Origin: Lama guanicoe
Taxonomy: Eukaryota
DNA length: 64,000 nucleotides
Direction of reading: 5' to 3'
NCBI GenBank assembly: GCA_013239625.1
Contig: MU054187.1
Location: 24,988,433 to 25,052,432 of the forward strand
Positions 26,300 through 40,270 of this stretch are shown one piece after another. A program made the translations under genes and the position numbers. The stretch's first letter is position 1. Each line of letters opens with the position of its first letter. The notes below the pieces were generated by a model. The model searched no databases. It saw only the letters and a list, made by a program, of their open reading frames with translations, and was not told where the DNA came from.

Positions 26300-26668
26300 T
26301 GTGCTTGTCTGCAGGACCCTTTAGTCAGAGCCGTAGTCCGGTGATTAACGCGAAAACAATAGAAAGCATTGTCTTCTCCAAAAAGCCTATCTAGGGGTAG
26401 AAGTGCCCCCTCTACCCAGAACACCGTGCTCTAGCTCCCCTGCTCCGCTTCCCCACCGAGTACCACTCTTCTAATCCCATAATCCACTGTGCATGTCTTT
26501 GTTACCGTGTTTATCGCAATGTATATAAAAATATTTTTTCTCCACTTCCTCCTATTAGATTGGTGACTTCTTGAGAGCAGAAGCTTCTTTATTTCTCTCT
26601 ATACCCCTGACATCTAGTGAAGCGCCTGACATTCAGCAGAAACTCAATAGTTTTAGAATGAATGATGA
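26300..26668 (+). mobile_element. L2 3' region
   Basis: ttagattggtgacttcttgagagcag...catctagtgaagcgcctgacattcagcagaaactcaatag...gaatgaatga. Confidence 0.75.
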
Positions 26669-26759
26669 AATAAATATGGCATAGTAATTACATTTATAGG
26701 TAGCAGAAAACTATGAAAATAGCTAATATGTCTTTAACATAAAAATTCAAAAAAGTTTT

Positions 26760-27050
26760 GAAAAGTCTGGGCTGAAATGAAAATGATAAAACATCATAAA
26801 GAAAAGGCAAAATTTCAAATATCAGATTCGAAAGGAGTTTTGAATAGTTTTTTTCAAATTTCAAATTTTTCAAATTTTAAATAGTTTTTTTCAAATTTTT
26901 TTCAAATTTCAGATTCAAAAGGAATTTTGAATAGTTTTTGTTGAAGTTGATGTCAAAAGTCTTAGGGGTTTTAGTTAAATATCAGTTTAGCATCTATCAA
27001 TAGTATGAAGTAGCTGTTAGGACAATTAATAAACCTTGAAGCTTGTATAG
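26760..27050 (+). mobile_element. L3/CR1 fragment with an internal duplication
   Basis: gggctgaaa...; aaaagtcttaggggttttagttaaatatcagtttagcatctatcaatagtatgaagtagctg resembles the CR1/L3 RT region. Confidence 0.5.
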
Positions 27051-28569
27051 AGTATTTGTTTTTAATACAGTCAGACTATTTGTTGCTTTTTAGTTTAAAG
27101 GTAAATGTTTGAAAGAAAAGAGGCTGGTAGAAGAATGGGTTCCTGTTTCTAGTAGTTTCTTATCATACCAAAAGCCAGGTTATCTGTAAAGTATATTGTC
27201 TTTGATCTGGTTCTATTTAAATTTTACTTCAGGAATATTTCATTGATTTTTTTTTTTAATTTAAAGTTGCAAACTTCTAACTGCAGGTTTTTTTTTTTTT
27301 CTAGCTGGGAGGAAGCTGTAGCCAATTTCTTATTATAGCATTCACTATTGAAAATAGACTTTCATTGTTCATGCCTCTTTTCACCAACTCCTAATATTTT
27401 GAAATGGATCTCTTTTGAAATTAAGGTTCATACATCTAGTCTTAGTTCAGGTAAGGGAACTACTGAAGGGAAGAATGATTTAAATGAAAACCATTTTTTT
27501 CCAGCTATTCATGTAGACTTAACTAATTTCCTATTAGAAAAAAATACTTGATAAATGTTTTAGGAAATATTAGATTTAAAATAACTGACATTTTAAATTT
27601 TAAAAAACTTACTTTCAGAAAAAAATTAAAAAATGGATTGAAGAAATGGAAAAATTTTAGTTGAATGACTGAGCCCTCTCTGAATATGGATTGGAATGAT
27701 TAAAACAAATGCTAGAGAGAAACTTATGCTTTTCTATCTTTTATGATATAATTCTATTCCTATTTTTCTCATAATTCTCTGGCCACTCATCCTCTATTTT
27801 TTGTTTGTTTGTTTGTTTTGTTTTGTTTTGCTGAACATTTTTTTATGGGCTATAATCTTCCCTCCTTGGAGTTATTCTCAATGTCTCTTTTTCCCTTCCT
27901 ATAGTAGATTCAGAAAGAATCCTTTTCCATTTGTACCTTTTTATAAATTTAACTCTCATCAATATATAGCTTATCTTAATGCATAATATCCAATTCTATT
28001 TATGGCTTCAGGTTCAATCCCAGTTTTTTAGCTGTCTACTTAATTCCATTTAATACCTCAACTGTACTGTTTTTTTCAAATGGGATGCATTGCCTTTCTG
28101 TTCCAATCACATCTCCCTCCCAAATTCTCTGGCCATATCAAAGTACTATCATTTTCTCAAACACTTAAATTTAAACTTTTACATCAACTTTTAAATGGTC
28201 TCTTTTTCCTCTAAATCCTATCAGTGTTTCTTGCAAAGACTGCCTATTCTTTTTCAATCCCCATGGCTATTGCCCAAGTCCATGCTTTCCTTACTGGATA
28301 TCTCAAACTTTGCTTCACTGTTCACCTTCAGTGCAACCACTCCCATCCCCTAAATCTATAGCAACACCTAGCACAATCCTGTGTGCAACTAACTGGGGCA
28401 TAATTAGGGAACTCACTCAAGTCAGGAATTTGGAGTCGGATCTTCATAGTTATAGTTAGATAAACATAAGGTCATCTTAGAGTAGGAGAGCTGAATTTTG
28501 TCTATATGTGTATAGGAGCCAGGTGGGGCTAACGGGAACCAAGAGAAGCAGTAATATTAAATCATCTAG

Positions 28570-30860
28570 CAGAGAGATCTAGTGAGTTTAGCAAACTCTA
28601 ATGAGTTTAGTAGTACACAAAATCAACTGTATTACCCTATATCAGCAGTGAAAATTTGAAGCTATAACAACAGTGAAATTTATAATAACATCAAAGACAT
28701 AAAATACTTATATATAAATATAACAAAACAAAATACGTGCAAAATTTGTATGCTGAAAATTTCAGAACATTGAGAAGAGAAATCAAAGAAATATGACCAT
28801 GGTTTGGAATAGTCAATATTGTTAAGATGTCAAGTCTTCCCAAATTGATCTATATTCAGACTTTTTATAGAAAATGTATTTGGAAAAACAAAAGGATTAG
28901 AATATCAAAAAAAAGCTGTGAAAAAGAAGAACAAATTTGGAGCATTCAAACTACCTAAATTCAAGATTCATTATAAAGCTACAGTAGTCAGGACAATGAG
29001 TATTGGTGAAAGAATAAATGTATAGATATATGAAATGTAATATAAAGTTGAGAAATAGACCTACACAAATGATTTGCAACAAAGGGGCCAGGACAAGGCA
29101 GTTCAATGTAGAAAAATAGTATTTCCAACAACTAATGCTAGAATAGTTGGATATTCATATGTAAAAAAGAGGAAGAAAAAATAACTGAGATTCCTACATC
29201 ATCAATCATCAGAGAAATGCAAATTAAAACCACAATGAGATATCACTTCACGCCTGCCTGAAAGGCTAGAAGACCACAAACTGATAGCCATTTGGACAAG
29301 TGATACATATAACATACATTCATATATATATATATATATATATCTCACTATGTATTCATATATACATATATATATGAATCACTATGCTGTGCACCAGAAG
29401 CTAACACAACATTTGTGAATCAACTATACTTCAATTAAAAAAAGACCACAAATAATAAATGTTGGCGAGGATGTGAAAAAGGGAAACTGATGTATACTCA
29501 TGATAGGAATTGGTACAGCCACTGTGGAAAGCAGTATGGGGTTCCCCAAAACACTAAAAATAGAACTACCATATGACCCAGAAATTCTAATCCTGCAAAA
29601 AAATCTCCAAAATACTAATTCAAAAAGATACATGCACCCTAATGTTCATAGCAGCATTGTTTATAGTTGCCAACAATATGGAAGCAACCTAAATGTTCAT
29701 CAACCTATGAATGGATAAATTAGATGTAAAATACAGACACACACACACACATACACACAATGGAATACTACTAAGTCATAAAAATAATGAAATTTTGCCA
29801 TGCGCAACAACATGGATGAATTTGGATGGTATCATGCTTAGTTAAATGAGTCAGAGAAAGACAAATACTGTATTTATCACTTATATGTGGGATGTAAAGA
29901 AAACCAGACTAATGAATATAACAACAACAATAAAAAACAGACACATATAGAAAACAAATTAGTGATTAGCAGTGGGGAAATGGAAGCGGGTACGGGCAAG
30001 GTAAGATTAAGGGATTAAGAGGTACAAACTACTATGCATAATAACTAAGCTACAAATATATATAGTATAGCACAGGGCATAGAGTCAATATTTTATAAGA
30101 ATTATAAATGGAAGATAATATCTAAAAATTGTGAATCATATGCAACTTATATAATATCATACATTACCTATACCTCAATAAAAAAATTCTCATAGTCCTA
30201 AATTCTTATAAAAAATGTGCAGCAAATAGAACTGTCAAATATCAATGAGTATGCAGAATTTTACTGCCACTTTGGAAAAAAGTTTGGCAGTTTCCTTAAA
30301 GTTATATGTACATTTATCATATGACTCAACACTCTCACTTATAAGGAATTTACCTTAAAGAAATTAAAATCATGTCCACACACAAAAATGTATGCAAATA
30401 TTTATATTGTTATCACTCATAATTGCCAAAATCTGAAAACAACTGAAACATCCATCAACTGGTGAATGAATAAGTTAACTATAATAAGTATATTCAATGG
30501 AATACTATTTAGCAATAAAAAGTGAAATACTGATGCATATAATTATGATGAATCTCAAAAATATTAAGAGAAAAAAGTCAGTTTCAAATGGCTATCTAGT
30601 ATATGATTCCACTTAGGTGTCCTCTGGAAAAGGTAAAACTACAAAGCCAGAGAACAGACTAGTGGTTGCAAGCTCTGGCAGTGGGAGAAGAAAACTGATT
30701 ACAAAAGAGCACAAAGAAACATTTTGGAATGATGAAATGTTCTATCTCTTTTCTGTAGTGTTATTGACACAATCATATGCATTTGTAAGATTTCATAGAG
30801 CCATACACCTAAAAATGTCAATTTCACAATGTGTATAATCTTGACTAAAAATAAGATAAA
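28570..30860 (+). mobile_element. Nested L1 cluster: old L1M split by an L1MA-like copy (~29190-30187), which contains a short young L1 3' end (29281-29441)
   Basis: Continuous L1 motifs; tails ending tacttcaattaaaa (29441) and tacctcaataaaaaaa (30187); TSD aagaccacaaa at 29270-29280 and 29442-29452. Confidence 0.85.
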
Positions 30861-31797
30861 GGTACCTTATATGTAATGGAAGATCATGCTTAAGACAAAG
30901 TTTTTAATTTCTAAAAGTGAAACATTAATCTGTTGGCAGGTATAACTTCCATGTATCTTTATTACAAGTTTCTTGGAGTTTTTATGGATTCCCCAGTGAT
31001 GTACAGTTAAATACTGACTGAAAGTAAATATGTTCCTGGATTTATTTTCAATTTTCTTATCATACTTTCCCTGGCTTTTAAAGATCACTTTATCAGAAAG
31101 AAATGTGAAAAAATGTTAATAGTGGTTGTTATCTTTGGAGGTGGGGTTACATGATTTGAACATTTTATTCTTTATGTATTTTTATATTTTCTGACTTAAT
31201 TATAATTAACACATTATTTTTCTAATCAAATACTTATGAAAATATAATAGTACTCAAAATTACATTAAGATTTCGATTTGAAGATATCTGACTTTCTAGA
31301 GCTATTCTCCATCACCCACCCGCAACCACACACAGATAGTTGCTTTCTTGAAGCCACTTGTTTAATTTAGGTTGCTTCCTAAGGGATTTACGGATGTTGG
31401 TCACTGAACAGCTTTGCAACAAAAAAGGTTACTTCAAGTAGGCTGTGTTGAAAGTAGTGCCTATTTCTGACTTGCATAGAATTATGTCTTTACCCACAAT
31501 GTACACAATCTGTATGAAATATAGCCTTTTTTATGTTCAAATATATACACCTACGTAAGCACAAATTAAAAATTCACAAGATCTAGGTTGGATTTTGTGT
31601 AATATGTGTGGGCCATTCATTGCTGAAACTATTTTTCTTTATCTCACATCACACTCAGAGTTCACAGAGATGGCAGGAATATTTTTTAAATGCCACCCCT
31701 ATTTAAAAATGAGTGCATAGACTATTTTAAAGCCATCATTAATGTTATGAATGTATCATAATAAAAACCTGGAAAAATCAGGAAATGTAGATACATC

Positions 31798-31862
31798 TTT
31801 ATCTATGTCTATGTCTTCTCTCTGTCTGTCTGTCTATCTATCTATCATCTATCCATCCATCT
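31798..31862. repeat. Compound (TCTG)/(TCTA)/(TCCA) microsatellite
   Basis: tctgtctgtctgtctatctatctatcatctatccatccat. Confidence 0.85.
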
Positions 31863-33589
31863 CCAAATTCTTACTACTTAGGAAAGACTGCTGTTAACAT
31901 GTAAGGGCATTTTGTTTAAGGTATTTCTCTCTACACAATAATGACTAGTGTATGTATTTAAAATTATTCCATATTTGCATTGTTTCTCTGGTACTTACAT
32001 TGGTAAAATTAAAATGCAGGGTTTTCCACTGTCTACTCTGCTACTCAGATTATTTGGAACATAAAAATCTCTTCTTATCACATGCTTTTCTTACAATGAA
32101 TTAGAGAATACAACTTGGTAAGATCCTGTGACACTTCATTTTACTTATTTTGTTTTCCCATCAATATGCTAATTTTCCTACATTCACTGAGCTCCTTTTC
32201 AATTCCTCTCCCCTTTAGTCTGTTATATCTAGGGTTGGAAATAAGAGGGCATTAATGTTAATAATCTTCCTGCCTTCAACATGACCCATAAAAGAACTAT
32301 TTTCTATTTAAATCAGAATTCTTGGCATAGAGTATTTTCATTCCTTTCTAATTTTATTTTGCTTTTTAAACACAGTTCCTTTACCTTATTTTCTTTCTTT
32401 TTGTCCTATTTTTTAGAAACAATTGATTCTATTTTCCTTACCTACCTTATAACTACAGAAATTGCTCTAAAGTTTTAGAACTACACTGTAAAATAATTAA
32501 AACTATACTACTTCCTCTACAAAGTATTAACTCCACAAAATAGTAGGATTTCCAAATGAAAGAGAGCTGGACATAGGTACAAAGGGATACGAATCTTTTC
32601 TTTTACTGCAAACTCCAAAGTTTTCTTTATGAATATGTGGTTTTTAATTTAGCTCTAATGATTAAAAATACATTAAAAATGGAAGTTACTGCATACTATT
32701 GAAAGAATTCCATTTACCTTTGCCTTTGAGGACAGAGACCTCTCTGATACAATGATTTATTTCACAATCTTCAAAAAGAAAAACTCAGTTGTGATACCTT
32801 GTAATAAAATGAGAGACCAAAGAGATGGGTCTTATGTACTTCCTTAAAGGTCAACCACCACATAAAATAAACAGTTTTATTAATAAATGTCTGAAAATGT
32901 TTCGGGGCAAAATAGACACTGAAATGGCAGTATTAAGAAGAGCCTAGGACAAAAATTGTATATTAAATTTGAAAACAAATACATCTCTCATTTTAAAACT
33001 ATACTTTTGCTGTAGTTGGAAGCGTCTAAGTGAAGCCCATGTGGGATCCATAGCATGAGAACCTCCCTACTTTAGTGATTATTTCTCAGTCAGGGTTAAA
33101 CAACAGAGAAGACAATTAAAGTCATTTCTTGCTTCTAACATTTGTTAGTCAATGTTTCCATAACCAATGTGGATGAAGAACTGGTATATTTAAACAGATT
33201 TTTAAAATACCACATTTTACTTTACAATTCAGACCTTCCAGTGATATAAAGACCTTTCCCAGAAGTAACACTGGGAATCTGTTTTTGAGAAATAGTGTGA
33301 GATTTGGTTGTGAGTTCAGCTCCCAATTACCGTAAGTTTTTAAAAAATTGTCTGATGCAATAACTATATTATTATTGATAGGATCAGCTTGAGGTGTGTT
33401 GCCACTTCTCACTCGAGTTCCACTGGTACCGTGTCTAGGCTTCCTACAGTAAACAGGGGTAACTTGGGGACTGATAGTTTCTCAGATGCTGGGATCAATG
33501 CTCTTTTTGAACATGGAGGGATCTGAAGTCTCCTGCACCTGGGGTAGAAGGGTAAGTACTTTGCTGGAGGTAGAACAGAGTCAAAGGAT

Positions 33590-34120
33590 CTGTGTTATAC
33601 AGAGCACTCAGGATTAGTATCAATAAGGGTAACGGATGTCTGTGAGTCAATGTCCAGCCAGGAGCAGGTGACTCAAAAAGAATTTAATATGAGAGCTTAA
33701 TTTCAAAGGCATTAGAAGAGTTAAAAGGCAGAGGAAGGTGAAGCAAAGCAGATATTACAAACTGCAGGAAGTTACTGCTTTCTCTGGGCTGCAGGGCCAA
33801 GGGAGAAAATGGAGTTTCCCAGGACCTGGAGCTTGAGCCACATGGGGCAGCCAGAAGGAACTAGGTCCTGGAGGGAAGGCCTGCCTGACGGCCCAGGAAC
33901 AACCAAGGAGACCAGCTTCTGCAAAAATGTTCCCTGAAGCAAAAGGAGGGGGAAAATCATGCTGGTCTCTCATCTCCTTCCATTCTTGTCTTTTGCAGGT
34001 ACCTCCTACTGCCCAAACCTAACAGAAAATCAGCTAGTAAGAGATCCAGGAAAATGTAACTCTGTAGAAATCAGAGCAGACAAGGGGCAGGGGGGGAAAT
34101 GAGGGCAAATGGAAATCACT
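33590..34120. mobile_element. Old MaLR/ERVL LTR remnant
   Basis: tgtgagtcaatgtccagccaggag...aagaatttaatatgag; cctcctactgcccaaacctaacagaaaatcagctagtaagagatccagg. Confidence 0.55.
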
Positions 34121-34749
34121 AACTCCCTATGGCTATGCGTGGTGTTGTACAAACAGTTCCCAGGCTGGACTTTGGAGATCGTGTGAAGTTTATCCATCCA
34201 CAAAGGAGGTTTATGCCTGAAATACCAAGGTTAACTTGGTTACCAAAAGGCATGAGACACAAGATTTGGGTTGTTTCAAACAGTGGAAAACAAAGCGAAA
34301 TTCTTCTTTTCACTTGGGCAAAAAGGAATGCAGTTCTTTAAGGAGCAGTTCAAGTTCAGTGCCTAGAAGGTGCAGCAGGAGAGATGAAGCAAGTATGACT
34401 GTCACTACAGTGGGGACCACAGCCATGGAATGGAGCAGGGCTGCTGTCTTGGTGGCAAGTGTTCAGAGGAATGAAAGATGAAGGTGGCAGAGTCATCAGT
34501 ACCTCATGCTTAGAAAAGCTTGTGACATAGCAGAGGGGACAGTCTCCAGGGAGGCGCAGGAAAAGCAGCAGCATGCATTCTCTGAAATCTGCAGGAAAGG
34601 AATTTGGATGGGATTTCTCATGCTTATTTACATAAAATGGTCGAGTTAGAACCAGCCTTTGGAAAGTAGAGGATAGTGACTAAAACCTGGGAGAATAAGG
34701 GCTCTATAATTAGAAGATACATTTATGGTGTTAATAACAAAAGTAATAG

Positions 34750-34960
34750 AAATAATTACTAGTGTCTACTGGGTAATTATGCACTGTGCATGGTGCTAAG
34801 TTAGTCTCTCATTTAATTTCACAACCACCGGTGTAGCACATGCTCTTATCCTTACTTTACAGATGAGGAGAGTAAGGCCTAAAGTCAGGTCTCACAGCTG
34901 ATCACATAGTTTGGGCCTTTTGACTTCAGAGACTTCTTATTCAACCACCATGCTATGCTC
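34750..34960 (-). mobile_element. MIR SINE
   Basis: ctcatttaatttcacaacc...cttactttacagatgaggagagtaaggcct. Confidence 0.75.
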
Positions 34961-35729
34961 TCCTACTAAGTAATCTCTGTGATGTTATTATATAATTTCA
35001 TTAATCTTAATACTGGCTACTCTTTCTCTCTTTTAAGTAGTAAATTTGGAAGATTTTCTAGGTCATGTATGTTACAGAAAGAAGGTTAATTTTCTTAAGA
35101 AGAATGCATTATCTCCAAAGGGTAAGACAGGTCTTTAACAACTGATTCCTCCAGAAAGGGTATTTTTGGCCCTAATTCAATCTGGCTAGGTGCCATCCAT
35201 CTGGCTATGCATCCTGATTGACTTATTCAGTAATTTGACTCATTGAAGAAGCCTACATGCACAGCCTACTTCTTAGGAGACCTCTTACAAACAGAAATAA
35301 AAACTGTACAGATGTGACTGAGCTGATGAAAAACAATGAAGTTTCTAGTTAAAAAATACTGCAAATCCTTTCTCACACCATCTGAATTTATAATGCCAGG
35401 AAGGAAAACTTTCACATTGGTTAACAGGATAAGCATTTCTTCCTGAGGATTCGAGTCTTCTATAAAATGACCAAGAAATCCCACATGGCCCATATCTCAT
35501 TCCCTGCCTATCTTAATGAAGCAATGATTTAGAATTTCAGTTTCTGAAGTAAGTCATAATATAACAGCAGCCAAAATTCAGCTGGAAGTAAAATGCTCTG
35601 GAACAACTCTCCTTTTGAGGAGAGAAAAAGTTGTACTGTTCTTCATGCCAAAGACCAGTATGGAAAACTGCATGATACTTTAGTTCCTTGCATGTGCAGG
35701 GAGAGCTGCCCATTTGTCTTAACCTTGAT

Positions 35730-36310
35730 CTTTAAAGCTAACAACAAAGATTTATTAGATAGAATACAAAAATATGAATCAGAAAAGAAAAAACTGATAA
35801 ATTGGACTCCATCACAACTACTTTGTAAAAAAAAATTTTAAGAAAATAAAAAGCAAGCCACACATTGAAAGAAAATATTTGTTAAACAACCACCTAATAA
35901 AGAACTGGTATCTAGAATATTCAAAAATATCTCAGCTCAATGGCAAGAAAACAAACCACCTGATTTTTTAAAATAGGCAAAAGATTTGAACAGACTCTTC
36001 ACCAAAGGAGATGTGTAGAAGGAAAACAAAACAAACAAACAAACAAACAACTCCAAAAATCAAAACAAGCAAACAAAAAGCACAAAAGGATGCTCAACAT
36101 CATTAGTCCTTAGGGAAATGTAAATGATAACCACATTGAGAGATCATAACACACCTCTTAGAATGACTGAAACTAAAAATCTCATAATCTTAAGTGTTCA
36201 CAATAATGTAGGAGAAGTGGAACTCACATTATGTTGCTCATAGGAATGCAAGATTTTGTTGCCACTTTGGAAAACTGGAAGTTTCTTTTAAAGTTATACA
36301 TATACTTAAC
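35730..36310 (+). mobile_element. Old L1M fragment
   Basis: aataggcaaaagatttgaacagactcttcaccaaag...gatgctcaacatcattagtccttagggaaatg. Confidence 0.8.
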
Positions 36311-37671
36311 CAGATTAGGGGTAAATTCAGAGCACAACAGGCTTTTGATCCCAGTTTGATTCAGAATAGGGGGTGATACGGCAGATGGGTGAAGAATGCC
36401 AATACATTACCACCACAGGAAAAACACAAAGCTTGTATTTTATCAGCAGGCAATCAGTGCTATCCCTATTAATGAGTTCCATTCTTTTTGTATACTTTAT
36501 ATCACAGTATTGATTAAGTATAAGAGAGAAATATAGTTTTTGTTTTAAAGTATTAAACTGGACAGAGGAGTTATCAGATCACCTCCTTGTGATAACAGCC
36601 CTATATTATAATTTGTATTGGAGTTTGACCTATTACTGAGTCCTTAGTGAGCACACTTAGGGTGGGGTTATTCTATTGGGTACTTTGGGAAAAAAATAAA
36701 AAATAAATGACAACTTTAGACTTATTTGGAAATCATAACTCTTACTATTGCTTGCTGACCTGTGCTAAGAAAAATTGCTGAGGGCTGTACACAGAGCATC
36801 TTATTTATTTTTTACAACATCTCTATTGTCTCCATTTAATAAGCAAGGAAATTGAGTCCCAGAAAAGATGAGCAACTTTTCCAAAGTCACTGTCAATAAG
36901 GAGCAGGGAGGAGTTTAAAAAAAAGATCTGTCCAACTCTAATTCTAAAACCTAAGCTATTGGTCACCGTATTGTTGACCCAGCTAGCTGCACTCTCAACC
37001 TTACTGCTCTTTGCCCATGTATCAAGGCTTCTGGTTTTCTATTTTCTTAATAGGTTGTCTTAGTACCAAAATTGAAAAAGAAGGGGAAAGGGAACCCTGA
37101 AACACACGAAGATACAGGAACCTAAAGGGATAATCATTTTTTAAAAATGGAAAATAAGAAAAAATAACCATATCTAAAAGACATAATGATGAGAAAATAA
37201 AACTATTAGCTTAGGTTATTCTCAGACAGCCCTGTCTCACTCCTAAAATGTCAGTGTTAGAAAAAAGGCTTACATTTGTTTAGACAATGAGGTGATGATG
37301 CGAAATGGTACAGCCTGAGCTGTGAACTACGAATAGAAATCTCTTGACTAGGTAAGCATAACAACCCCTCCCATTCCTCTGATTGAAATATGAATAGATC
37401 TAAGAAAAATAAAAGCTAACTGGGCAAACTTCTTATTTTGACTCAATACTAATATGCTAGTAGAGACATTTGGCAAAATAAAGTTAAAATAATTATAATT
37501 TTTAAATCAAAATAATTTAGATTAGTTTATTAAAAACCTTTCTCAGCTTCCACCCACCCATTCATTGATGAAAAGATCAGTCTGGTGAAGCTGGGGTAGC
37601 ATGAGTCTGGAACATAGGGCTCAATCAGTCCGAGTTTTCTTATACTGCATTGTAACTATTAAATAACATAT

Positions 37672-38198
37672 TGTTACAGAAAAGAACAAATCTGACTCCA
37701 TATTAGATCTGTTTCTTTGGCTTTAACCCTGTGCCCTGTTTTCAAGGCTTAGTCTTGCCAGCTCTGCACCTTTTGTAAAAGATTGTTGCCTTTAGCCTGA
37801 AATGTACAGGAGAGCCTATTCTCAAGTCTCTGAACTTTAAGGATATTAACACTTTTGCACTATATAAAGATAACAAGTTGCAGAATGGAAAATAACATTT
37901 GTTTTGTTGGGGCTTTTACAGGGGCACCATGACCTGACCCACATGGACAGCTGCAAGAACAAAGGATTCCAATACCAAGAAGTTTGCAACAACCAACCAT
38001 ACTCCCCCACCCCCACCACTTTAGTGTAAAAAGAGACTCAATTCTGACTTGAGTAAGATAGTTCTCCAAGACATTAGTGTGTCATCTTCTTGGTCTGCTG
38101 GCTTTCCAAATAAAGTCGCTATTCCTTGCCCCAACACCCCATTCCCCAACTTATTGGCCTGTTGTGTGGCAAGCAGAACACGTTTGAACTCAGTAACA
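37672..38198 (+). mobile_element. ERV1-type solo LTR, copy 1
   Basis: tgttac...gtaaca inverted termini, aataaa near 38109, perfect 4-bp TSD atat. Confidence 0.9.
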
Positions 38199-38429
38199 AT
38201 ATGAATTCTTCAGAGTTACTTAACAGCAGTCAGGCTAAGACTTGAAAACTCTAGTCTTTTTCCTCATGAAACATTATTTCCAGTTAAACTGTTTGATTTT
38301 ATTTACATGAGTTTACACTTAAGCACAGATATTCAGAAAGCATTTGTATTGCTTAAGTAATATATTCACAAATTTTCAGAGATAGTTATAGATAAAATAA
38401 GAATGTCTTCCTCTCTTTTCTGATTTTTC

Positions 38430-40270
38430 ATTTATTAAGCACTTACTGTATACTCATGTGTTATAATCTGTGCTATGCTTTTTACACAAAATATCTCATC
38501 ACATGACCTTTTTTGAAGATGAAGAAACCAAGGTTCTGAGAGGTCTTCAGGACCTTGTACATAATTACAGAGTTTAATAAAGATCAGTTGGAAATTAAAT
38601 CCAAGTATGCCTCCTGTTCCCAAAACTAATACTCTTAACACTTTTACCATGAGTTTCTGAGGTTTTTTCTAGAATCCAAGCATCTTATACTCCTGTTAAT
38701 ACTTACTTCCTTGAGGAAAGTCCATTTACATGTTAAAAAGATTAATTTGTACTTCCTGTTAGGTGTGGCTACATTTAATAATATGTCATATTAATTATGA
38801 GTATGGCTTCAAGAGTCAGGCCACCTGGATTCAAGTTCAGATGCACCATATACTGGCTGTGAGACTTTTCCCAACTTGCATAACCTTGCCAAGCCTTCAA
38901 CTTCTTCATTTATAACATAAAGATGACTGTATGACCTACCTGGTGATACTGGGTGGTTGTGAGGTGAAAAAGATGAAGCATGGAGAGCATTTAGCATTTA
39001 ACTGACTCATAGCATGTGTTCAATGATATTATCAAGTGGGGACTCTTGAAATAATTTGAGAATGAGACTTTATGTATCCCAAGAGTCTGAGCAGAGATGT
39101 ACTTGAATTCATGTATTTGTAAAGCTCATAAAATTATCACAACAATCTCCAGTCTTCAAATCTTTTCTCATCTACACATTGTTGCTTAATTAATCTGATT
39201 GTGAGTCTCCCTTGCCTAAAAACCTTCCCCTTCCTTGTTGATGACCAAGATAAAAAAAGTCCAAGACAAACCTCCTTAGTGTGGCAACCAGATTTCTATA
39301 ATTTAACCTCAACATACTTTTCCCAATATTTCTACCACTTCACTTCATATAAACAATGTTTATGCCAAAGCGAACCACTTGAAATTCCTAATATAAATAG
39401 TTTTCTTTACCCTTTGTTTCCTCCCACATATCCGCAAATCCAAATGACACCTATTTTAAGCTCAGGTCAAATTTCACCCCCTCCACATCATTCCTGATCC
39501 CCTAAGCTGGAAGTGTTTTCTATTTAAGCACTAATTTTCAGTCTTTATTGTGCATCAGTATCACCTGGAGGGTTTGGTACAATACACATTGTTACAGCTA
39601 ACTCCAGAATTTCTGATTCAGTAGGAATAGGGTGGGGCATGAGGATTTGCCTTTCTAAGAACCTCCCAGCTGTTGCTGTGAGTTCAGGAATCCCACTTTG
39701 ATTCAAGTTTCCTAGAGCATGATAGCTGATATCATTTAACACCATTTACTTTGCATTTCAGTGGTTTGTGCCTGTGTTGTACCTCGTATTGGACTAGAGT
39801 AAATGGCTTGAAAGCAAGATCTTGGGCTAGTCAATTTTCATATCTCTCTCCTATAATACTGTCAAATAGAAGGGATTTTTAATAACGTTGTTTGGTTAAG
39901 TAAATTTTAGTGGTAGGATTAATGAGAGGACTTCTTTAGTGTTGGAGTCAAAAGAAGTTGAAACAGTCTAAATCTACAGATGTGACCTATTTTAGGGCTA
40001 AAAGAGAATGCCAATAATCATACTATAAGAGAATGTATATTTATTGAGGACTTGCTATTTGCTAGATGCTGACTGAGTACTTTATACACATTATCTCATT
40101 TAATTCTTATCACAAGTCTTTGAAGATAGGCACTAGTATTATTCCCATTTTATGGATGAGCAGTAATCCTTTGATGATAAGTAATTCCCACCAAGGTCAG
40201 CTAGCTAGTAAGCAGTAGAACTGGGATTTGAACCAGGCACTCACTGTCTGTTTTCAAATTCCAGCTCTTA
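38430..40270. mobile_element. Cluster of MIR (~38435-38650, ~38790-39025, ~40010-40270), L2 (~39150-39900) and MER5A (~39545-39700)
   Basis: MIR cores (gatgaagaaaccaaggttctgagag; attcccattttatggatgag); MER5A gaatttctgattcagtaggaatagggtggggcatgaggatttgcctttctaag; L2 motifs. Confidence 0.7.
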
